Both the position numbers and the translations under genes were made by a program. From Deltaproteobacteria bacterium (lineage in GTDB: Bacteria; Bdellovibrionota_F; JAHFAK01), in assembly GCA_023250585.1 (NCBI GenBank), contig JAHFAK010000001.1:232-64231 (forward strand): a stretch of 64,000 nucleotides of DNA, read 5' to 3'. The notes below the pieces were generated by a model, which saw only the letters and a program-made list of their open reading frames with translations, was not told where the DNA came from and ran no database searches. Position 1 is the first letter of the stretch, and each line of letters opens with the position of its first letter. Positions 30,289 to 38,373 of the stretch are shown piece after piece.

Positions 30289-30999
30289 CTATAAGAGAAA
30301 GAGTTTTTCTCTTTCTCTTTGTTGTTCTATTTCTTTGATTTTATTGACTCGTGTAACAAAAGCATCAAAATTGCCTTGTATAAGATTATGTTCGCCGAGT
30401 ATCGAAAAAAGACGAGGCATTGTACTCATGTATATAGGGTCCATTTTTAAAAAATCAGCAGCAAAGTGGTAGCCTAATTGTTGAGGTTCCATGCATGAAA
30501 AAAAATCTTTTAAAATTTTTTTTTCATGCTCACACGCAAGTGAAAGACGTACATCATAGTAAGAATCTACCCACGGTGGAGTAAAATCAACATAAGCCAG
30601 TTCGACTCCATTCCATACAAAGTTTTTAATGTGAGGATCAAAATTCAATCGAGCGTTTTGTGCTTTACGGAGAATACTAAAAATCCTGTCGAGAACTTTT
30701 TTTTCCGGGAGCAGATCATTAGGTGCTATTTTCCTCATATATTGTAAAATATTTGGACCTTTAAACTCACATATATAGATGAGACGTTCTTGATTTGCTT
30801 CTGATTTATATATTTCTGGTACGGGAATTCCAGCACTTGTTAGTTTTGTAACGTAGTGAATAATAGCTTTCTCAAGATCACACCAGTGAATTCCCAAGTG
30901 AACATTTAGGCGAGTTTCCTTACGGATACATTCACGACCTTCAAAATGTACTGTAGAAAATTTAGAATCTTGAACGCTATAACGATTTAATTCTTCCAT
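30289..30999 (-). CDS. hypothetical protein with weak protein-kinase-like / phosphotransferase fold features
   Basis: RLNFDPHIKNFVW resembles the HxD-x4-N catalytic loop, and AYVDFTPP a DFG-like metal loop, of APH/choline-kinase/Kdo-kinase enzymes. Weak. Confidence 0.3.
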   Translation of the reverse strand: MEELNRYSVQDSKFSTVHFEGRECIRKETRLNVHLGIHWCDLEKAIIHYVTKLTSAGIPVPEIYKSEANQERLIYICEFKGPNILQYMRKIAPNDLLPEKKVLDRIFSILRKAQNARLNFDPHIKNFVWNGVELAYVDFTPPWVDSYYDVRLSLACEHEKKILKDFFSCMEPQQLGYHFAADFLKMDPIYMSTMPRLFSILGEHNLIQGNFDAFVTRVNKIKEIEQQREREKLFLL

Positions 31000-32036
31000 T
31001 GCCCAATATATCTTACTAAATCAACAACACGTGATGAATATCCCCATTCGTTGTCATACCACAAAACCATTTTCAGATAATTGTGTTCATTCATATAAAT
31101 CCATCGGTGATCTATGACAGCTGAATAGCTTGATCCAGTAAAGTCTGTAGAAACAAGCGCTTCTTTATTATTAAAGAATATATTCCATTTCTGATTTTTT
31201 TCTTCCTCTTCAAATACTGATTGAATGGTATCAACATTGACTTTTTCCTCGAGCTCAACGGAAAGATCAGCAGAAGAAACAATCATTGTTGGAATACGAT
31301 ATGACATAGATAAAAATTTTCCCGTAAGGTTTTTAAGTACTTTACATGAAGCAGAAATTGCAGATGTTGTTTTTGGTATTAATGAATTCGTACTTCCTCT
31401 TCCTAACGCATAATGATCATGAATTTTCCCCGGCGTAGCATAAGAAATCGAAGGACCATCAAGGAGATTCTGATAATTTAACCATGGATGTAGGGTAGTC
31501 AAAAATCCATGTTTAATTCCAAATTTTTTATCGAGCACATGTGCTGTCGGTGAAAAAGCATTGGCATCGCAGATACTACTTGAAATAAGAAAATGACGTT
31601 CTGGCTTGAAATCATCATGATTAACTCCTAAGATAATTGCAATATCAACTTCATCTTCTTGAGGAGCATTCGTAACAATGCAATGACGAACTCCTTGTGT
31701 TTTCAGTTTCCGTGCATTGATAAGATTCTGCTTAACCCCAGAAGAATCAATGACAATATCAACTCCTTCTTTATTCCATGGAACATCAGAAATATTTTCA
31801 TGACGATACACGCGCAATTTTTTTTCGTTTCCTATAGTAATTGTATCTCCTGTTACTGCAATACTCTTCTCAAGACGTCCATATGTTGAATCATACTTAA
31901 TAAGATAAGCAATATTATTAATATCTGGGTTAATATCGTTGATACAAACAATATCAATATCAGGATGCTCAAGCGTAATACGTAATACCGCTCGCCCTAT
32001 TCTTCCTAGACCGTTAATACCTACTTTAAAACTCAT
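30987..32036 (-). CDS. glyceraldehyde-3-phosphate-dehydrogenase-family dehydrogenase (divergent)
   Basis: Start refined to the internal ATG (MSFKVGINGLGRIGRAV). C-terminal WYDNEWGYS GAPDH signature. Active-site region SSSICDANAFSP retains Cys but is atypical. Confidence 0.8.
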   Translation of the reverse strand: MSFKVGINGLGRIGRAVLRITLEHPDIDIVCINDINPDINNIAYLIKYDSTYGRLEKSIAVTGDTITIGNEKKLRVYRHENISDVPWNKEGVDIVIDSSGVKQNLINARKLKTQGVRHCIVTNAPQEDEVDIAIILGVNHDDFKPERHFLISSSICDANAFSPTAHVLDKKFGIKHGFLTTLHPWLNYQNLLDGPSISYATPGKIHDHYALGRGSTNSLIPKTTSAISASCKVLKNLTGKFLSMSYRIPTMIVSSADLSVELEEKVNVDTIQSVFEEEEKNQKWNIFFNNKEALVSTDFTGSSYSAVIDHRWIYMNEHNYLKMVLWYDNEWGYSSRVVDLVRYIGQWKN

Positions 32037-32062
32037 ATTAATTCCTTTCGTAAAGAGCATTA

Positions 32063-32764
32063 TTATTGTATATTCTTTGATCGAGGATAATTCAAGAAAC
32101 TCATGCTGAGCCACAGTATTGATGAAATTCCATAAAAAATAGTTACAACAAATGAAATAACTTTTAGATCCCACCCACAAACAATAGTGATTCCTAAAAA
32201 AAGAGGAAGTAAAGCTAACATAAACCGTACTGAAAGAAATGAATATTTGTTATAGTATAAATGAACAAATGTTCCTATAAAACCTTGAGAAGGCATTTCT
32301 TTTACTGCCAGTGGAACAAAAATGATGAGCACTCCGCTTGAAAAAGCTGCGAGTAGAATTAAGTAATAGCTCTCTGTATAAATCCCAAAAAGGACAATGA
32401 GCATCAACCGAGCAAGATTACAGCCCAAATCATCAAGAAGGTGCCCAAGCATACTACAACTGTTTGAAGCTTTAGCTATAGGACCATCAGCAAAATCAAC
32501 AAAGATAAGAAAATAAATGCAAAAGATTCCAATAATGGGAAGCAGAACTACTCCATTCATAGCTGTCACAAGAAAACAATATCCAATGAACACAAGAAAA
32601 ATTGCAGAAACATCAAGCACGTTGGCGGTTATCCCAATTTTGTAAGCAAAAAAAGCAAACTGCAGTGCAATCCATTTCACAAGATTAGTCGTAAAATCAA
32701 ATTGTTTTCTGTCAAAAACTGATCTTTCAGGAAACTGTTTAGCTGTAAATTGAGTAAATGTCAT
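32063..32764 (-). CDS. CDP-alcohol phosphatidyltransferase-family membrane enzyme
   Basis: DFADGPIAKASNSCSMLGHLLDDLGCNLAR contains the D-G-x2-A-R/K...G-x3-D-x3-D signature. 6 TM helices. Confidence 0.7.
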   Translation of the reverse strand: MTFTQFTAKQFPERSVFDRKQFDFTTNLVKWIALQFAFFAYKIGITANVLDVSAIFLVFIGYCFLVTAMNGVVLLPIIGIFCIYFLIFVDFADGPIAKASNSCSMLGHLLDDLGCNLARLMLIVLFGIYTESYYLILLAAFSSGVLIIFVPLAVKEMPSQGFIGTFVHLYYNKYSFLSVRFMLALLPLFLGITIVCGWDLKVISFVVTIFYGISSILWLSMSFLNYPRSKNIQ

Positions 32765-33993
32765 AATGTAGTTCCTTCCATGAGTTCAAGAAAACGATCT
32801 GCTGAAATTGACCATGAATAATGCTTTTCGGTAATCGAACGGATATCTTCTGCTCGCATAACATACCTTTCTCGATTTCGACAAAAATCCTCTATTTTAT
32901 TACCTATGCTTTGAGGATCACATCCATTAATAATCCACTCTTTGTTATAGCGCTTAAGAATTTCTGGAGTTGCCCCATTGTCAGTGCCAAGCACAACAAG
33001 TCCTGAGAGTAATGCTTCAACAGTTGCAAGACCAAATCCTTCAGCACCTTGCGTAGGAAGAATAAAAGCATCCGCAACTTGATAGTAATGAGCTAACTCT
33101 ATTTCAGAAATTCCACTGACAAGGCGGACAGAATCTTTTAGAGAAAGTGAGTCTATGTACTGACGAATTTTCGTTTCCATCACACCTCGTCCAACAATTA
33201 TTATAAAAAATGAAACTCCTTTTTTTTTGAGCCCTGCAAGGGCTTCGACAAGTTTATCAACTCCTGTCCGAGGTTTCAAACCACGTGCTGTTATAAAAAG
33301 AATCTGCTCTAACGGAAGATTAAGTTCCTTACGAAGTTTTATCTTTAATGCATTATTAGTAATCGGAGTATACAGTTTTTCATCTGCTCCACCTGGAACA
33401 ATTTTAATCTTATCTTTAACTCCATTTCGGCCAATTGAAATACAACGATCACGTGCATACTCACTGTGAACCAAAACAAGATCTGCTTTGCTAATAACTG
33501 AAATAGCAATGCGATCGAAAAAATGTCCAATAATCTGTACTACTGGATTTTTTGGATAATTATATAAAAGTTCCGAATAAACATCACTATGAAAATCATA
33601 TATAATTTTTGCACGAGGCCACCATCGTTTTGGATTAAAACCTATCATCCACCATGGATTATGAACCCACACAACATCTATATTTTCATACTGCGATGCC
33701 ATCTTCTTCTGAGCACTATAGGATTGTACTGCAGTAACAAGAGGCCATAACATATGAGTGAGATCGCCTCTTTTAGGAATAGAAACTCGGAAATAGTGCA
33801 TATTTTCGACTATTTCATATGAAGAATATTTATGACTGTATTTCCGGGTAAGTATAATAACTTCATGGTTTCGATATGCTAATTCTCGTGAAATATTGTA
33901 TACAAGCTTAGGTAAGCCGCTATGGCGATCAGGATAAATTCCGGGTGTAAGAACAAGTATCTTCATTCTAGTTATTTTTTTTATGCCCAACAA
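32761..33993 (-). CDS. GT4-family glycosyltransferase (GT-B, retaining)
   Basis: C-terminal PTQGAEGFGLATVEALLSGLVVLGTDNGATPEIL is the EX7E region of Glycos_transf_1. Confidence 0.85.
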   Translation of the reverse strand: MLGIKKITRMKILVLTPGIYPDRHSGLPKLVYNISRELAYRNHEVIILTRKYSHKYSSYEIVENMHYFRVSIPKRGDLTHMLWPLVTAVQSYSAQKKMASQYENIDVVWVHNPWWMIGFNPKRWWPRAKIIYDFHSDVYSELLYNYPKNPVVQIIGHFFDRIAISVISKADLVLVHSEYARDRCISIGRNGVKDKIKIVPGGADEKLYTPITNNALKIKLRKELNLPLEQILFITARGLKPRTGVDKLVEALAGLKKKGVSFFIIIVGRGVMETKIRQYIDSLSLKDSVRLVSGISEIELAHYYQVADAFILPTQGAEGFGLATVEALLSGLVVLGTDNGATPEILKRYNKEWIINGCDPQSIGNKIEDFCRNRERYVMRAEDIRSITEKHYSWSISADRFLELMEGTTL

Positions 33994-35665
33994 AACGGTA
34001 ACTCAATAAAAGTATGCTCACCCATAGTAATAAAATCAATGAGGAAACAGTGAACTTTGTCTCTACCAACCCACAACCGCCGATAGAATCAACGTTCGAG
34101 AATATTGAAAGTCTCTTTATAGAACAGTTGACTTTACAACTTCCTTTAGAACTATTGCCATTAGCCTCTCCATCATCACATTCTTCTTCTCCCGCTTCTA
34201 TAAAACCATCTCCACATATAGCTAACTTACAAGTATTCAAGCATGAATCAGTATTCTCTGCATTACCATCATCACATTCTTCTTCTCCCGCTTCTATAAA
34301 ACCATCTCCACATATAGCTAACTTACAAGTATTCAAGCATGAATCAGTATTCTCTGCATTACCATCATCACATTCTTCACCCACAGCGAGTTTTCCATCA
34401 CTACATCCAAGTTCTATAGCTCCAATATCACATCTGACGCTTTGATCCCCATCACCATCAATTGGCCTAATAAAACCACGCTGATCAAAAGAAGGACAAC
34501 TCACTGGATCTCCTTTATCAATTGCAGGACTTCCGGGCCGAATCACATGAGTATCGGTGGGCCCTCCATTGTTATCAAGCGAACCTAGTTTCACATCCAG
34601 TTCATAATTCGGATAATATCCATAGATATCAGTAGTATTTGAAGGTTTAGGAAGATCATAGGTATTAACACCATTTATCTTACATCCCATGGTTACTTTG
34701 ATGATGTTGTATCCCTCTGAAACAATTGGGCCTCGACAATCATGCGGCGGACTCCCCTGATCAGGACTTGCATCCTTATTCTCCGCTATAATCGTATTCT
34801 TTACTACTATAGTTAATACATCTGTTGGAAAATCACTTGTATAAATTCCCCACGTAAAATCACCTATGGCTATACCACCTGCATGACCACTATCATTTTT
34901 ATCGCTATCGGCAGTATTACTAGAAATTGTACTATTTACTATGGTTGTCTCAGCGTCTAAGGACATTGCCGCACCACTCTCGATTGTAGTATTTCCGCTA
35001 AACGTAGAACTTTCTACAATCATTATTCCCGAAGCATTCCATACTCCACCGCCATAGTCTGCTTTATTACCAGAAATAGTACTCCGATCTATATGTAATA
35101 TCCCATTATTCGTATTTAATATTCCTCCTCCTGTTCCTAGTCCCTCTGATATACCTGTTAAAGAATGAACTGCTACAGGAAAAGTTCCTGAAAGGGTACT
35201 ATTATTTTTGATAGTACAATAGAAAAGAGATAAATTTCCTTCATTGCGAACACCTGCTCCACCCTTATCAACATCCATTCCATTTTGGATTGTCACATCT
35301 CGAATTGTTACTGTTGCACCTGAAGCAACAAAGAAAATTCGTGGAGGAGTATTTCCTCCATCAATGAAAGTACTTCGTGTACCCGATCCCTGAAGTGTAA
35401 TATCTTTATTAATGGTGATCCCATTTTCAATATACGTCCCCTCAGCAATAATAACAACATCAGCATCCTGTGACGCTTCTATCGCTTCTTTAATTGAACA
35501 ATAGGGATTACCATGTATATCATTACAATGGGAATCATTTTTATTAACATTTCGTGTGATACCAGCCCACGTATGAGAAATAAACACTGGACTACTCATT
35601 AGAATTACCATAGCTGTAAGGGAAATATATTTTATTTGGTAGATCTTAATTTTTATACTCAACAT
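33968..35665 (-). CDS. secreted right-handed parallel beta-helix protein with three C-terminal cysteine-rich (Myxococcus-type CGDG...CDDGN) repeats and a C-terminal hydrophobic anchor
   Basis: Signal peptide MLSIKIKIYQIKYISLTAMVILMSSPVFISHTWAG. PbH1-like repeats (NNSTLSG, ISGNKADYGGGVWNASG, FSGNTTIESGAAM, ISSNTADSD). 3x CGDGFIEAGEEECDDGNAENTDSCLNTCKLAI. Ends ...LILLLWVSILLLSYRFVGHKKNN. Confidence 0.7.
   Translation of the reverse strand: MLSIKIKIYQIKYISLTAMVILMSSPVFISHTWAGITRNVNKNDSHCNDIHGNPYCSIKEAIEASQDADVVIIAEGTYIENGITINKDITLQGSGTRSTFIDGGNTPPRIFFVASGATVTIRDVTIQNGMDVDKGGAGVRNEGNLSLFYCTIKNNSTLSGTFPVAVHSLTGISEGLGTGGGILNTNNGILHIDRSTISGNKADYGGGVWNASGIMIVESSTFSGNTTIESGAAMSLDAETTIVNSTISSNTADSDKNDSGHAGGIAIGDFTWGIYTSDFPTDVLTIVVKNTIIAENKDASPDQGSPPHDCRGPIVSEGYNIIKVTMGCKINGVNTYDLPKPSNTTDIYGYYPNYELDVKLGSLDNNGGPTDTHVIRPGSPAIDKGDPVSCPSFDQRGFIRPIDGDGDQSVRCDIGAIELGCSDGKLAVGEECDDGNAENTDSCLNTCKLAICGDGFIEAGEEECDDGNAENTDSCLNTCKLAICGDGFIEAGEEECDDGEANGNSSKGSCKVNCSIKRLSIFSNVDSIGGCGLVETKFTVSSLILLLWVSILLLSYRFVGHKKNN
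34171..34400. repeat. tandem direct repeat, unit 96 bp: two perfect copies (34171-34266, 34267-34362) plus a diverged partial third copy; encodes the 32-aa cysteine-rich repeats of the beta-helix protein
   Basis: Identical 96-nt strings (catcatcacattcttcttctcccgcttctataaaaccatctccacatatagctaacttacaagtattcaagcatgaatcagtattctctgcattac) at 34171 and 34267. Confidence 0.9.
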
Positions 35666-35668
35666 TCT

Positions 35669-36262
35669 TTATACAAGAAAAGAAATTTCTTGAGCTATTC
35701 TATGAGTATCACGTTGACCAATGATACGATTATAAACTAAAGATACTTTCTTGGCAGTTTTTGTCTCAAGATCATAACTAAGACAACCAACAATTGGTTT
35801 ATAATAAACATGAAGCGTACAGGCACGACGATTGTTAATTGCAGGATTCTCTAATTGATGAATCCCGATCTCATCATCAATATAAGAAACGTCTCCCCTA
35901 TTATACGTTTCTTGAAGTAATGGTGTAAGGTCGCCTTTAAAGTCAATGGATTTTACATAAACATAATTTTTACTCTCTATAGTCCCTCGTAGAACAGTCA
36001 TACAACAATGCTGCCCTTCATGATCATGAATTGGTGTTTTTTGCCCTGGTTCCCAACATAGAATAAGTATTTCAAAAAATTCATTTTTAAAAATAAGATT
36101 CCGGGTATAATGAGATTGATGAAAATAATATAAATTTTCCAAGGAACATTCAAAAAGTTTATATTGATGCATGAGTTCTAAAATTCTTTCATTTTCTATA
36201 GCTAAGGATGGAGAGAATAATCGAGAAATTTTCTGAATAAATTCTCTCAGTTGAGTTAGCAT
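35669..36262 (-). CDS. cysteine-dioxygenase-type-I-like cupin (thiol dioxygenase family)
   Basis: ILILCWEPGQKTPIHDHEGQHCCMTVLRG closely parallels mammalian CDO [29 protein letters not shown] (the 3-His iron site HxH...H). Confidence 0.7.
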   Translation of the reverse strand: MLTQLREFIQKISRLFSPSLAIENERILELMHQYKLFECSLENLYYFHQSHYTRNLIFKNEFFEILILCWEPGQKTPIHDHEGQHCCMTVLRGTIESKNYVYVKSIDFKGDLTPLLQETYNRGDVSYIDDEIGIHQLENPAINNRRACTLHVYYKPIVGCLSYDLETKTAKKVSLVYNRIIGQRDTHRIAQEISFLV

Positions 36263-36373
36263 ACAATATTTTCTACAATATTATAGGAAAATTATTGTTC
36301 ATTTTTTATAGCTTTAATTAAAATATCATCAGCGAACAAAGAAATTTTTCTATAACCAAATCCGATCTCCTAG

Positions 36374-38353
36374 TTAATACATTCGGGGAAGAGCATTAAT
36401 AGTTTTTAGCACTTCTTTATGATTAACACGTATCACATCGAGATATTCTAATATAGACTCTTTGCGAGGATAATTTTCTACTTCTATAAGCTTTAATGCA
36501 TCTGACCGATCGATGTGATGTTCACGTATTTGATTTGAACGAAAACAATCATTTTCGCTAAAACCGCATATCGTTCTATACACATAGTTATAGAAAGCAG
36601 CGGTTCCATCACCTATACGCCATGTAGTACTTGTATCTTTCGCTATCTCCCAATTATATTCATTAATTAAGATATCATTTATAATTTTTTCATTCCATGG
36701 AACATATTTATATAAATAAACATGGTCTTGCCGAATAAAATAATAACAAAGATAAGCCCAAAAAGTATCGATGATAGAATTATTAAGATACCGAGGATTA
36801 AGAAGATATTGCTTCATATAGTAATAGAGAATCTTAATCTTATTAAAGTTAGAAATAGTTATATGTCGTCTACCTTGAGACAGATCTTTGACATATCCAA
36901 TATTATTAATTCCTGAAAAACCTGCTTTAAAGCCTACATGCTCTAAGAAATTTTGACAAAAGATTAAGAGCTGTATTCCCGTATCTTTTTTTATCTTGTT
37001 CGCATAATAGAAAAATTGTTTATCTCCTGCCATCAATAATGGGATCATTCCAAGAACTGGCTGATGAATCCAGGCATTAATATTTTTTCTGATATTATCC
37101 CTCTTTTTTTTGATATCGGCTGAAACAAGAATATGCTCAATACCAAGTTTTCCACAGACTCTAGCTTGATTTCGTCTGCCAATATCGGTAATTATCCCCC
37201 AATCATATGAATAGGCAATGGGATTCATACCAAATTCTTTTTTAATAAGATGCAGACCATAACTGCTGTCGCGTCCACCGCTAAAGGCAACAATGCAATC
37301 TGGATTACCGTTATTTTGGCGATGCTCATCTAAAATTTGAAGGAACTTGTCCTTTCCCTGTAATTTGATATTTTTGTAAGAATGACAGTAATTACAAACT
37401 CCTTTCTCATCAAAGCTAATGAAAGGCATAGTTTCTGTAAGTATACAGATGGAACAACGCTTTAAATGGTAATTTTGAGGATAAAGCCATAGATTTTCAT
37501 TATCATTGAACTCCGTATTTTCTACTGCATTTTTAAAAGCATTCCCATTCTTTTGAGAAAATATGCGAGATTGACATTTATTAGAGTTATCTAACAAAAA
37601 ATTCTCTCTATGAAGAGTATCAAGGTTCATGATAATTGCCTGATGAGCACCTACATGAAAAATTTCTAATTTATTTTCAAAAGATTTTAATATCCCACAA
37701 GACTTAATTCGTTTTAGCATTGAGTATTCAGATGCAAAAATGAAGATTTCTTGGTTTGAATCAGCCATATAATAGAGAGATCCATTATTCGTAGCTAGAA
37801 TTAAATTTTTGTTTATACTATCTATCAAAGCAGTAGAAACAGTGCCTTCTATTTCACTATACGTTAAACTAAGTGATTGCGCATAAGAATGATTTCTACA
37901 TAAATGAGAAAAAATTTTCAGAAAGATTTCTGTATCTATGGTGTGTTTTTTTTCTAAAAACGAGTATTTATCCCATAGCATATCATCATTGACAATAATT
38001 CCATTATGAATACAGTAAAAAGAATGTTCTTCAAGGGGTTGATTATTATCTTGATGGATACTGCTCCCATCCGTAACTAATCGTGTATGGCCAATAACGC
38101 AGCTTGGGTGTATATTATCTGTCTTTTTACTGCCTATATTAAATAATTCTTTAAACTCTCGACTCTTAATAAACACAGAGGCCTTTTCTCTAGATTTTTT
38201 AATTGTTACTTTATTATCTTTAAAGATTGCAATTCCGGCAGCATCTTTCCCGCGAGACTGAGAGTATTGAAACAACTTTTGAGTGGTTTCTTGGAAACTA
38301 TCACAAGGAATAATATCTGCTTCTCTTAGTGCTATACCAAATATACCACACAT
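36374..38353 (-). CDS. fusion: class-II (Ntn) glutamine amidotransferase domain + zinc-ribbon/PP-loop N-acetyl-sugar amidotransferase domain (WbuX/WbpG/PseA-like)
   Basis: N-terminal MCGIFGIA (Cys2 nucleophile), GHTRLVTDG, HNGIIVND as in AsnB/PurF. Mid-protein CSICILTETMPFISFDEKGVCNYC zinc ribbon followed by PP-loop IVAFSGGRDSS, as in TIGR03573-type amidotransferases. Confidence 0.75.
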   Translation of the reverse strand: MCGIFGIALREADIIPCDSFQETTQKLFQYSQSRGKDAAGIAIFKDNKVTIKKSREKASVFIKSREFKELFNIGSKKTDNIHPSCVIGHTRLVTDGSSIHQDNNQPLEEHSFYCIHNGIIVNDDMLWDKYSFLEKKHTIDTEIFLKIFSHLCRNHSYAQSLSLTYSEIEGTVSTALIDSINKNLILATNNGSLYYMADSNQEIFIFASEYSMLKRIKSCGILKSFENKLEIFHVGAHQAIIMNLDTLHRENFLLDNSNKCQSRIFSQKNGNAFKNAVENTEFNDNENLWLYPQNYHLKRCSICILTETMPFISFDEKGVCNYCHSYKNIKLQGKDKFLQILDEHRQNNGNPDCIVAFSGGRDSSYGLHLIKKEFGMNPIAYSYDWGIITDIGRRNQARVCGKLGIEHILVSADIKKKRDNIRKNINAWIHQPVLGMIPLLMAGDKQFFYYANKIKKDTGIQLLIFCQNFLEHVGFKAGFSGINNIGYVKDLSQGRRHITISNFNKIKILYYYMKQYLLNPRYLNNSIIDTFWAYLCYYFIRQDHVYLYKYVPWNEKIINDILINEYNWEIAKDTSTTWRIGDGTAAFYNYVYRTICGFSENDCFRSNQIREHHIDRSDALKLIEVENYPRKESILEYLDVIRVNHKEVLKTINALPRMY

Positions 38354-38373
38354 TCGTAACTACCTCCAATCAT

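Noticed and set aside
34014-34445. 143-aa plus-strand ORF rich in Ser/Pro/His with internal repeats
   Set aside because: It is the antisense shadow of the 96-bp tandem repeats inside the minus-strand beta-helix gene. Its repeat structure and open frame are a by-product of that coding repeat.
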